Assembly: GCA_030704615.1 (NCBI GenBank)
Contig: CM060733.1
Span: forward strand, 10,044,001 to 10,108,000
Direction of reading: 5' to 3'
Length of the DNA stretch: 64,000 bases
From: Takakia lepidozioides
Taxonomy: Eukaryota; Plantae; Bryophyta
Part shown: piece by piece, positions 1 through 11,039 of the stretch
How positions within the stretch are numbered: position 1 is the stretch's first letter
Layout of the letters: every line of letters starts with the position of its first letter
Program-made: the position numbers and the translations under genes
The notes under the pieces: generated by a model
The model's database searches: none
What the model was told of the DNA's origin: nothing
Seen by the model: only the letters and a program-made list of their open reading frames with translations

Positions 1-354
1 CGGATAATCTTGGGAGTGGGCAGGAGATCCGTTGGTATCATTGTTTACATGAACGCTTTCTCTTATTTCTGCCAGGGTATCCTTACAGATGACTTGAGGT
101 GTATTGCTCGGAGATTCGCATGCGTTCCGCGGGGATTCTACAGTCACATTTTTGTCATTGACAGACACTTTGTTCGGCTCGGTAGACCCCCAACTGAATT
201 TTTCATCTAGTTCCGAAACACCATGTTTTTGATCTGGACGGTCCGCTTCCATCACGTCTACCGAACACCGTCTTTTGCTCCAATTTAATCTGGCTGTCTT
301 GTACGCATCGTCAGACACCGGTTCCCCACCCTCGTTCTTCTTTCTCATTGACAT
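1..354 (-). CDS. Partial ORF running off the left window edge (MSMRKKNEGGEPVSDDAYKTARLNWSKRR...), divergent from the ParB-like gene; product unknown, possibly part of the same mobile element
   Basis: ATG at 354 on the minus strand followed by 118 sense codons without a stop to position 1. Absent from the ORF track, probably because no stop lies in the window. Confidence 0.5.
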   Translation of the reverse strand, partial: MSMRKKNEGGEPVSDDAYKTARLNWSKRRCSVDVMEADRPDQKHGVSELDEKFSWGSTEPNKVSVNDKNVTVESPRNACESPSNTPQVICKDTLAEIRESVHVNNDTNGSPAHSQDYP

Positions 355-398
355 AAAAACTAATCAGAGTGTGTAACTGGCTGACCCAAAGAAATATC

Positions 399-424
399 GA
401 ACCTCCACTGGGTAGTGGAGGTTC
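399..424. repeat. 26-bp hairpin repeat copy 1 (GAACCTCCACT-GGGT-AGTGGAGGTTC)
   Basis: Perfect 11-bp stem with a 4-nt loop. Near-identical copies at 601-626 and 2864-2888; degenerate copies at 5661-5686 and 6690-6715. Confidence 0.9.
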
Positions 425-600
425 CCAATTATCGTATCCCAGTCTCATTGGAAAGTATATGTCACACTTACAATGTCACACATATGATTCCATCACTCGT
501 TCCCACATCGTCTCAAACTGATTTCAATTTTCCCGTAATTATCCGATTTCGTCCTTACTTTAAAAAAATGTCTTTCAGCTTCCACATACAGAATTCACGC

Positions 601-626
601 GAACCTCCACTGGGCAGTGGAGGTTC
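601..626. repeat. 26-bp hairpin repeat copy 2 (GAACCTCCACTG-GG-CAGTGGAGGTTC)
   Basis: One substitution from copy 1, in the loop, which extends the pairing. Confidence 0.9.
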
Positions 627-899
627 CAGTTTTTGGTTGCTCATGTGCATGACATGGGTCTACGAATACTCTACTCTGGCCTGCACGAAGCCTACTGTTA
701 GCATATGTCTACTGTAGAATACAAGTAGACTAGGCTATCGTGGTTTTTCAGAATTGCCGAATTCAACATAATTGGATAAGAAATGAAAATTTCCATTCAG
801 AATCGAATTTGAATGGGAAGAAATGCATCAACTAACGCTTGATTTGGGGATCAAGAAAACGGTTGAGAAATAAACATCTGGGCATTTCCGAAACCACTG

Positions 900-1400
900 T
901 CCTCAATAAACCACCACAATGAACAAAACAAGCAATACAACCAGCACGGTAATTTCCCGCCACCCTAAACCATTACCCTAATCGACCAGAACAAGCACAC
1001 ATAAACCCAATTGCACACAAAACCACCACACAAAACCACCATACAAACCATCGGTGAATTGAAAAACAACAGTGAAGCAATGACTCAGGAATGCACTGAA
1101 GCACAGAATGGAGCAGGAGTGAAATGAATTGACAGAGAATGAAACAGCATTGAAGCAAACAACAAAGCAAACAATGAAACAGAAACCTAATGTGCACTAA
1201 AGCACGGACTGAAGCACGGACTGAAGCACTGAAGACGGTGCAGTGCAGCAGAGAATGAACCAAGATCAAAACGAATTGAATCTTGAACATGCCACATGAA
1301 TCGAGAGCGGGCCAACACAAAACTGAGAACAGGCCAACACATGAATTCAGAACAGGCTAACACAAAACGTGAAACAGAAGACGAAAAGAGGGAGTTTTTA
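900..1400. repeat. A/C-rich low-complexity tract with a short tandem repeat (AAGCACGGACTG x2-3 at ~1200-1235)
   Basis: Visible compositional bias and tandem units; lies between the divergent ORFs. Confidence 0.6.
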
Positions 1401-2863
1401 ATTCTGTATTTGCTTGTGCCGGCCATTTTGGTGCCCCTGCAACCACAGTCCTTCGTTTGATACTCTCTTCCGCACCTCCGCCTGCCGGTAATTGCACTGT
1501 GCTCTCGCCTCTACACTCGTCAATCTCCACTCGCCACTGTCCGGTCTCTCCTCCCCGCTCTTCAAATTTTGCCTATTTCACTCTCTCACCTTTCACCCTC
1601 TCCTCTCTCTGCACTCGGCCAAGTCTACTCTTTCTCTCCACGCTCCAGTGTCCAGTCGCTGCAAAACGAGCTCCAAAACTCTTCTCTTTCACGCTCTCCT
1701 CTCTCAACTGTTAAGCTTTCACTCGCGCAGCGCTTACGCGTAGAAAATGGGAAGCCCAAAGGTTGGGCTCAAAGAGCGCACCCCTTATAAGCGACCTTCA
1801 AGGATGATCTGAACCATCGTCTCCGTCCGAAATCGACTATCTAATAAATTTGTGTTTGGTTGTAACAGAAGACATCCTACACCACCAGATTGCGTCCCAG
1901 GATTGATTGGAGATATTTGTGGCGCATTCGTATGCCGAAAGTCCTCACATTTCAAAACTGAGCATATCGCTATTTTTGAGCTTAACCCAGAGGTGACAGA
2001 TTGGGGCATCGTGCCTGTCGGTACACCTCCTGATCACAAACTGTCTTTTCATTACAGAAGTCTTGGAGTAATAACAGACTTAAAATACGTAGAAGCTCTC
2101 GATATAGAGCTTGAATCTGAAGAGGAAAACCCGATGTTGGTTTTGTTCCTGCATGAGGATGCGAGAACCCCTAGGACGTTTGGTTTCAAAGTGGAGGTGG
2201 GTCGTCTGAACAAATAGTTGATGAGTGAATGCGTTGCACCGGGTTTTAGATTTCCAGACGAGGGCTCTGTATTTACAGACGTAGATTTGTCGAGGGTCTG
2301 GAGTATTTTTCTGGATCTTCTGCACGCAATGGGGAACGACATTCGCAAGAAACGAGCACTAGAGGAAGCATCAAAGCCGAAGAGGGGAAAACGCAAGTCG
2401 TCGACAGCCGGCAATGATGACAATGAGGCCGGGACTTCCGCAGGGAAGAAGAAACAGAAGGAGGATCATGATCCAGCATTGATGTCAGATAACAAGAGAC
2501 CTAAAGCTGGGGAGATTTTTGACAAGGAAAAATGCGAGAAGATGGAGGAGAGGCTCACGAAGGAATACAATGATGTATTTCCATTCGGATTCGAGAGTAC
2601 CTTCCTTGTGAAGGTTTCCATGATGGAACTAGCTCCAAGGAGCATGGTTTACAGGCCATTAAATATCAAGCATAAGGACGAAGTGAAAGCGCGACTCTTC
2701 CAACTTCATTTGTTCGACTCCAAACATCCGAGAAGATTGCTTCATCGCGACCGAAACAATGGAAGGAGATGGACGTATCAAGGTTCTTCGTAATTGGTGG
2801 ACAACACACCATCGTGGCAACAAAGGTAATGGACTTCATGTCCTCCCAGACCTCTCTTTTAAC

Positions 2864-2888
2864 GAACCTCCACTGGGTAGTGGAGGTT
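2864..2888. repeat. 26-bp hairpin repeat copy 3, intronic
   Basis: GAACCTCCACTGGGTAGTGGAGGTT inside intron 2826-2958 of the ParB-like gene. Confidence 0.9.
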
Positions 2889-5800
2889 GGTGTTGAACTA
2901 CAAAATTGGATATGTCCCCACACTTTCAACTCTCTCACCCATTTTACATTAACTGTAGCAACTTCTCGAGGATCTTTCCGACAGCGAACTGAAGGAGTAC
3001 TACTAGGAGTGGCTAGCGAAGATTGTATGGTCTATCGATGAACAAAGGCTCCTGAAGTTGTCAAAGCTCCTCAACGATCCCAATAAGGCGTAAAAGTTTG
3101 ATACAACAATGCCGGAGAAAGTTGCGCATGCGCGAATGTTATTCAACTTGAGGGGGAAGCCAAAGAAATACAACGATCACACCACAAAGTCCGAGACGAA
3201 ACAATGGAAGGTATGCATTTATGGAGTCAAAATCTATTATTCACATTCATTTTATGCTAAAGAATACTTCTATTGTCGCAGTGACAACTAATTTATCCCT
3301 GAATGAATGTGCAGGAGTTCATGTTTGCCTGTCATTTGATACTAGAAATGGGTAGCATTAAGGAGACAATGGTCCTGGTACTTTGCGACGACGACGTTTG
3401 GAAGATCTGGGAAGATGTTTCAAAAACTGGGAGCAGGGAAAGCTACTCGACCCGCTTGGGATACATTACAAGGGTGAACAACAACAGCTCACGAAATCTG
3501 CTATCGCAAAGCTGCAAGGGTTGAACAGATGGCAGCTGATAAAAGTTGCGCAGAAAATCTTGGACCTGAAATTGACCATTCGACAAAGGTCAAGACAAAT
3601 CAATTCAAGGCATGAACAAATACATAGACGACATGAAAATGCGCCGGTTTATTGTCGACGATGTGATGGAAGTGTTGGGGTGGCCTCGGAGGAGCAAACA
3701 GCACGGAACTGTACACTAAGGACGAGTGGCGTGAAGTGAAGAAAGTACCACTTCAATAAGGCAGAGTTCTCAACATTTAAAGACAAACTGGGGACGGATT
3801 ACATCCAAAGCAAGATCAAGATGAACATGGAGACAAAACCACTCACGGCCGCTTTTGTTAAGTACGTCTCCTCCATCAAGAAAGCTTATGAGGATAGAGA
3901 GGATGCCATGGCGATTATTTCAGCGAGTTTCAAGACTCATTACGCTATCAGGGGTGGAGAAACAAAATTCGCCGATGCCAAGTCCCGTCTGCGACTCGCA
4001 CCGAAGAAACGGTTTGACAACATAGCGATGGTGTTCGTCAATACAGTTTCTGAAGACGATTCTGTACGTATTTGAGTCCACACGATTATGTGAACATACT
4101 GGAGGCCTTTGTGGCTCAGAAATGAACACGAGTGCTTTTGTTTTCTCTTCTTGACGCAACCGTCCTCGGCCAATCTGGTCTCCTACATCCGAAATGGTCC
4201 CGGAAGAACATTGTATCTTGTCCGTTAGGGATTTTATGTTCCGGGAGAGTATGAAAATATTTACAAAAACAGCACGAAGACTTTATCTCTGACTGTACTG
4301 TGCCTGGACTATGTTTTTCCAGCGACAACTGAGGAGATGCAGAATCCGGACGAGCACATCTCCACCGTACTGTTAATCGAGCCAATACAGCCGATTCTGG
4401 AAGGGCCCTCTGAGAAGCCATCAGCTTTTGAAGAAGAGTGCAGGACTTATAATCATGAGCTACGAGCTGACACATACAACTATTTGGCCTCCCTGTTTTG
4501 TCGAGACGGGATGTCCGCTGTCAACATCTTCGGAGGCATGATGTTGACGTACGCCCTTCATGTAAGTGTAAAACCTTTTTGCATTTCAAATACGAATTTT
4601 ATATTTTTGATCCAACACGTCCTCTGTTTTACTGACTGGGTTTATCTGCAGGCAAGAAACGTTCGAGTGCTTGACATCAACCACTCAACGAAGAAAAATT
4701 TTTGCAAAGGAAAAGTTGAAGCTAATTTTAAGAAGCTTCAAATTGAGAATGACAATGTTGCTGAAGAGGTTGACAGCGGAGACGATGATGAAGATGAGGA
4801 GGAGGAAGATTAAGACTTGAAAGAAGGAGGCGACATTCCGAACACGTAGAGGAGGACAAGGGCATCGATGGTAACGGGGACAACGAGGGCCACGATGGTG
4901 ACAATGCAGACCGTTGGGAGGCTGGACACCTGGATGTGATTCAGGACTTCAGAACTCAGTCACAGGATGGTATTGAGAACATTACCCAAGACGTTGCGGT
5001 CCACAATGTCGTGATTCTGGATGGGGATTCGTCGAATTCAAGCGAGAGAACTAAGAGTAATCCTGCTTCACCATCAAGGGGTGCGGAGGTGAGCTCAATC
5101 AAGGTGCGCGGCAATTTGATTGGGAGTGCAGACGACTGGTTCAAACCTGTAGAAGGGGACGAGCCGGCGCCAATGTCCCCGTCTCCCCCGAAAGAGAGGG
5201 TAGAGAGAGCGAGGACAAAGAGCCCGTGTCCCACAAAAGACAGTGGACACAAAGGGAGGACTAAGAGCCCGTCCCCCGCAAAAATGGACAGTGGTGACAG
5301 AGGCAAGACTAAAAGCCCCCAACTCGCTCTCAAAGTGTCTCCCATCATGTCAATTTGGATGTAGGTAACAAATGACACCTGGAGATTTATGGTGTCTTCA
5401 AGCATTATAAATGGAACAAATTGTGTGTATTGCATCTGGTTGTGTTCTGGTTGTGTTTTTGGCAATACCTGATCTGTATCGTAATATTTCCCACATTCTT
5501 GAAATTTACATGTGACTGACGGTAAGAAAACTCGTATAGATCCATGAACGGAAATTGGAGGAAATCACACAAACCTGGACAGAATCCATTGCGACTCAAA
5601 TAGTGAGGAGGCAGGTGGACTTAACAATAAGGGCCAACCCAACTGATCCGGTCAAACAAACAACCTCCACTGCCTAGTCGACGTTGCGAGATGGAGGAGA
5701 TGAGCCGGAGATGGTCGTTGCTCACCGCGAAGGAAAAGAGAGCGAGCAGCACCATCAGCGGAACCCCTCCCCGAAACGGGTATACACCTCATAACCATCT

Positions 5801-5959
5801 TAGCTATGTTCTTCTTTGTCCTTCTTCTAGTTTTCAAAATAAATTAATTGTTCTGTTATTCCACAAGATGATATGATTCACCCTCCAATCGACTATCACA
5901 AATCTGTGAACCCACAGGATTGGTATCGCCTCTCCGAGGGACCGAAAGGATATCGACCA

Positions 5960-6608
5960 TGATACTACGTCCTGGTTCTTGACGTTGGTTACCTTGGTGA
6001 GGTTTACATCCGAGATGGCCCGAGATCCCCTCCCGCAACCCATCCTTGTGTGTGCGCTGGAAAATTCAAGCTTGCAGTCCGAAAATGGGTTGGACGACTT
6101 CCTGAAATGGGTCCTTAAGCATTTTGAGGTCTACTTTTGGAACACTGGACCGTTAGAAAATGTCCTGAATATAGTGCTGGCTTTGTTTGGAAGAAGGTTT
6201 TACAAGGTCAGGGAATTCAACAATGAGAACTATGTGAAGCATAGACAGACGTTCAGTGCCGAATGGCCCAAATATCCGAAAGCGCCAATATATCTTAAAC
6301 GTCTCTACGACCTTTTCACTGTAGACGACCCTGTAGCGTACAAATCAAACACACTTCTTATCGACACTGTAGAAAATATGTATAAGTCGTACTTGAACCC
6401 AAAATCGCTCGGTATCTTCCTTCCAAAATATAAAGCGCTCGTCGACCCATACAAGGACAGGTTTTTTCTTGATGAACTCAAACCGCACCTGGAAGAGTTG
6501 CGGTTATCCGGAAAAGACGCTGATATATTCAACGTGGAAAAACCCATAGGATGTCCACCGTATAATGACCCAAAGGTCAAATGCCTCTTGCTATGGGATT
6601 TGCAGTGA
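5960..6608 (+). pseudogene. FCP1/SCP (NLI-interacting-factor-like) phosphatase domain with frameshifted motif I
   Basis: Matches the plant FCP1-like pattern L(V/I)LDxxGxL...RPxLDxFLxWxxxxFEVxxW...NTLLIDDxPYKxxxNP. A 1-nt frameshift falls in the DxDGT-like motif near 5990. Confidence 0.7.
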
Positions 6609-7235
6609 TAGGTTTATCTTAGAAAACAAAAATTTCCTGATGCTTCATTGGAACAGTTTGAAACGTAGATGGCTGCTCTAGATTTTCATGAACCTCGACT
6701 GTCCAGTGGATGTTTCTCCCAATGTCAATCCTGTCCTTGGTTTATCTTGATAACCACCTGAGTGGATGTATGAATTTCTCACAGATTGCAGCACCAGTTT
6801 CTCCAGTTGCGAAAGGATTGCGCTTGATAATTTTTGACCTGAATGGTTCACTTTATATACTGCTACAATGCATAGACTTTATCATGCTTCAGTTTACCGC
6901 AGTAGCAATTCGTGGAGCCATGGACATGAAATCTAAAGATTCAGGGATGAAAGAATATGACTATATTACAAATGAACTTTTCTCCCAACCAGGAAGGTCT
7001 GTAAAAAGATTGATCATAATTGGCCTCTCCCCCGAGCTCAATATATATAGTTGTCTAATGATTCTCTCAGACCATAGTTGTCTATTCCCTCTTCTAATAG
7101 CTATTTTAAGCCGCATCTATTCTAGGTATCTATACTTTCTATCGGATGATGAGTTGAACCTAAAAGTTCATCAATCCTAATTCTAACATAACTGGCCTCT
7201 TCTAAAGCGTCGGGGAAGCTCTTCGTTAGGTACTA

Positions 7236-7390
7236 ATGCGGATAGCCGGTGGACTGGACAACAAGAGCTCGCCTTTGGATTTTCTTGCAGGTGGGCATTC
7301 CCTTGGTTGGGGATATGGCTTGGATATGGCCCAGGACTACCAACCGGGATTTGATCTGGTATGGCCTCACCCCAAACCATGTTGATGAGA
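7236..7390 (+). pseudogene. Short eIF4G-derived fragment, paralogous to 11840-12020
   Basis: Shares CCCTTGGTTGGGGATATGGCTTGGATATGGCC and CCAACC..GATTTGA...CCTCACCC..AACCATGTTGATGAGA with the eIF4G pseudogene segment. Confidence 0.6.
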
Positions 7391-8463
7391 CTAGGCCAGA
7401 AGAGTGCATGCATGTCTACTCACACGTTACGTGACAACAAACTAATCATCCCTCTAATTATTACTCGGCTTCCTACTAGAGTTTGGGACTTCCCATTTGT
7501 AAGAATTGCTCAACACCTCTTTCTGTTTGCCTAATTCATGCTCCCTTTCATGCCATTCCTGCCTCTAAAAATGCTCTCCCTGTGCCCTTGTGGCCGTTCT
7601 GAAGCTTCCTTTATTCTCCTCTCTTGCAGTAGGGATAATCCTTACTTTCTTCTGACATTTTTAAGATACTTACCAAAGCGCATCATTCAGAACACGCAAA
7701 GCTACTTTCGAGCATGCCAACCCAAGACCTCATAGCGTATGCAGCAACGCTAAAGCAAGACACCCTTCCCCCAAGCACCCATGTGAAACACAACTGCTTG
7801 AATCAACAAGTGGACGCGCAGATGCTAGAATCCATCATCTCAAAGGCGTCATCCTAGGGGCTTCACCTCAACAATTCAATACATAAACATCATGACATAC
7901 AAGAATATGAAGCAATGCCAGCACATTTCAATCATTTAGTCCATGTTCGATTGCTATATGTTAGGCAAAAAAGTGAGTGCCCCGACCCTTTTCTTCTTCA
8001 AATAAAGGAGACACCATCCCCACCATAGCAACACAGGACACACGGTAGCAGGATTTGAGACCCAAGCACTCAACGTGCCCTATCCAACTTGCCGCTAACT
8101 AAAACTTATCATCACTGTTTGTTAACTGTAACTTGTCGTCACTGCAGTGCTATTCTTGCACACTCACTTGTCATCATGCCGAGTACAAGTAACTTGGTAA
8201 TAAGGAGTTGATTTCTACCGGTAATGAGGTGACGAGTGGCGCCATTCACAATGCGCCGCCATCACTTCATCGGCCGGCGGTTGTGCGCGCGCGATAGCAG
8301 ATACAAAGGCGTCTGCAGGAGCGGCAGTTGATCTTTGTATCTTCCTCTCCTGTTGTTCTATCTGGATCGTCTCTCTCGCTGCAAGCTGATATGCTCGTGA
8401 AAGGACTTTTCCTAGAGAGTATGGTTCATTGGTGGTTCCTCGTACGGGAGTTCAGAGATTTGA

Positions 8464-10492
8464 ATGTTAGGAGACGCGAGGCCTTGCGCAATGGATGGTC
8501 TAGAGGTAGAGCAACTTATCCCCACAGTCATGAAGAAGAGAGAGTTGATGTTAGAGCAAGTGACAGACTACATCGGCGTTTCTGAAGAGACCGAGCTATT
8601 GCTGGAAGGCGATAGAAGTCAACTCCTTCGGATGGTCACCAGCATGCGCGAGAAGCGGTCTGTGCCACATGTAGGACAGCCGCATGAGGATCAGAATTCT
8701 TTCGTACCGGCAGTCGTACAGAAGAGGGGGAAGCTATTAAAGACCTTTACAGACTACGTTTGCGCCGTGGAAGAAACCAAGCAAATAATGGAAGAGGAGA
8801 GGGGGCAACTACGCCGGATGGCTACTTGCATTCGAGACAGGGCACTGTCAAAGGTGCAAGCCGCAGACTCTATCGGTGCCTGACAGCTATCAACCAAAAC
8901 ATATCCAATCCAGTGGAAGTACAAAGTTGTCACGAGTCGCACTTTATCTCTCTCTTTCGACCTCGGCTGTATTTACGTTGTTGATGTAGTACCTGTAAAT
9001 GGATACTAACCTGTGGAGGCTGCAGTCATTGAATCAAACTAGTAAGGTATGAAACTCAGCTGTACGTTGGTGAAGTAATCTGAACACATCACATGACTAT
9101 CTTATGTGGAGGGATTTGACTGTTAAAGGTTGCCATTGACCTGATAATTATGGTAAAAGGCACAAAGTTCAGTCTGGTCTAGGCCCAACAGAAATATGAG
9201 ACATTTGGCCATGGTGGCATTGCTAGTCATGACACTTCGTTGACGATTGGGAAGGTCACTAAACCTGGCTCTCAGCGTGGTTGAAAGATAATGACACACA
9301 GTGAAATGGTGTGGATTTGATGGCTCAGATTTTGAGCATGTGTGGAGAATGTGTTGCAGCGTGAGGGCAAGAAGTTGGAGATGGAGGTGCATAAGCAAAC
9401 GAAGAGGTCGGCCTGTAAGCAGCAACGACAATTCAATTTGGAAGGCCAACATGTGTCGGAAACCGAAAGAAGCATGGTTGAGAAAGGCGAGGCATCGCAT
9501 AATCGAGGTGGAGAAAAAATCATCCTCGACCTTAAACAGAAACTCACGGATTTGCAATCTGATTTCGAATCCCAGGAAACTTTGGTGTCGAATCTGGTGA
9601 GTAAGGAACGGGCAGCGAACGACGAACTACAAGAGGCCAGGAAGGCAGCCGTTACTGTAATCTCCCACTTTCTTCTCATTCTTCTTTGGAATTAAGCTCT
9701 TTATATGTGTTGTTGAATGAGTGCGTTGATGGAGGACTTGACTGTCTTTCAGGTTCTGAAGGAGTATGGCACTCCATCTAGGATGCATGTAAAGCTTGTA
9801 GGCGAAATTAAGAGACAGCCTTGGGAAGCTGCGTTTAGAGAGAGGTACAAGGACAAGAAGGATGCAGATTGGAAATTGAAAGCGGCTACTGCAATCTCCG
9901 ACTGCGAGGTCCTGTTGAAGGACCACAATTTCCGACCTTTGAAAACGGTGGAAGTGAGACCGAATGTATTCAAGGTAAAGCATATGCTAAGTTATTATTT
10001 GTGTGACGATGTTCCCTTCTTGAGTTCTTTTGACATTTGAACTCTTGTGCTGGCCATGACATGTCTAATTAGTACTTTGCAGTCTCTCCTTCCTTTCCAT
10101 TTTTATGAGTTATCTCCAGGTTTTTCTTTGCTAGTGTGACCTCCACGACAACAATTGACACAACCAGATCTGCGATAACATTTACGTCTAACTATAGGTG
10201 CATAATCTCTGTGCAGTATGAAGTCAACGAAGATGATGAGACGTTGGGGTGCTTACGGCATGAGTGGGGTTACGACTTAAGCCAGACAGTGATAGCGGCA
10301 CTCTTAGAACTGGAGGAGTATAATGCAAGTGGGAGGTTCCCAATTTGGGTGGCTTGGGACTCCGTGAATAATCGAGAAATCCTCATGAAAGATCTGATTT
10401 ACTATCTAAAAAGAAAGCTAGATGAGAAGTCGGAGGAGAACAGGAGGGCGAAACGGCCAAGACGGCCTAGATCATTTGTCGATCACAATTAG
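8464..10492 (+). CDS. XH-domain protein (IDN2/FDM, factor-of-DNA-methylation-like) lacking zf-XS and XS; exons ~8464(or 8491)-8853, 9360-9656, 9753-9974, 10217-10492
   Basis: ERAANDELQEARK, VKLVGEIKRQPW...LLKDHNFRPLK and EDDETLGCLRHEWGYDLSQTVIAALLELEEYNASGRFPIWVAWD match the XH-domain consensus. Phase-0 GT-AG introns join in frame. Confidence 0.8.
9049..9250 (+). repeat. ~200-bp dispersed direct repeat, copy 1 (intron 1 of the XH gene)
   Basis: ATGAAACTCAGCTGTA...CATGACTATCTTATGTGGAGGG...CAGTCTGGTCTAGGCCCAACAGAAAT is shared with 10715-10895. Confidence 0.85.
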
Positions 10493-10714
10493 TTCAGAAG
10501 ACCTCACCAACTGTTAGCACAAAACCTCTGTATATCAGGATCTGCTATGCTCTGTCATCTTGTAGCATTTGCTGGAAACGTAGCCTGCAATTTGTGTTTT
10601 CTTTCAATGTAAGTGAATCCAACAAACCAGGAATCCTCTTGACAGCGTAAACTTCTGTTGTGTTTTCGCTTTTATGGAAAATTCTCAGGCAGAACTTTGG
10701 CTTTGACTGTCACG

Positions 10715-10895
10715 ATGAAACTCAGCTGTAGATTGTTAAAGTAGTCGAACAAATCCCATGACTATCTTATGTGGAGGGTTTCACTGTATGCATGATACTG
10801 CTAAAAGGCACAAATTTCAGTCTGGTCTAGGCCCAACAGAAATGTGAAACAGTGGGCTATGGCTGCATTGCTAGTCACATTGTGCTGACGATTGT
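10715..10895 (+). repeat. ~200-bp dispersed direct repeat, copy 2 (downstream of the XH gene)
   Basis: Homologous to 9049-9250. Confidence 0.85.
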
Positions 10896-11039
10896 GCGAC
10901 ATTGTCCAGATAGTGTGGCTGACTTGGAGCCCACCTGGTGTTGGCAATGTTAGGCTGGGGCCCTTTTAGGTGACTCTCCTTCCACCTAGTATATTGGCTT
11001 CATCAGATCTATGCACAGGTTAAGAATCGGGAATCCCCG

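Larger units (their letters stand above)
1747..6860 (+). pseudogene. Decayed multi-exon TE-associated gene: N-terminal unknown domain, ParB-like domain, helical region, possible degenerate N6/N4 DNA-MTase-like fold, acidic/Ser-Pro linker, FCP1-like HAD phosphatase, start of a second FCP1-like domain
   Basis: One frame runs from ATG 1747 through stops TGA 1810 and TAG 2215 into ORF 2218. ParB-like YRPLNIKHKDEVK...PKQWKEMDVSRFFVIGGQHTIVA (frameshift near 2700). GT-AG introns 2826-2958 and 3211-3314. YNYLASLFCRDGMSAVNIFGG near 4480-4540. FCP1-like VLVLDV/TLV...GLDDFLKWVLKHFEVYFWN...NTLLID...YKSYLNP at 5960-6600. LRLIIFDLNG at ~6820-6847. Confidence 0.65.

Noticed and set aside
5691-5760. MEEMSRRWSLLTAKEKR resembles an HMG-box helix
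   Set aside because: The longer frame ending at a plausible splice donor is a different one (IHERKLEEITQ...QRNPSPKR), and no other HMG features are present.
6860-7180. Remainder of the 156-aa ORF 6710-7180 as a gene
   Set aside because: Only the LIIFDLNG segment resembles a known motif; the rest is AT-rich with no recognisable homology and probably lies past a breakpoint.
10840-10880. TVGYG in one frame of the 200-bp repeat resembles a K+ channel filter
   Set aside because: The other copy reads TFGHG, stops are nearby and there is no transmembrane context.
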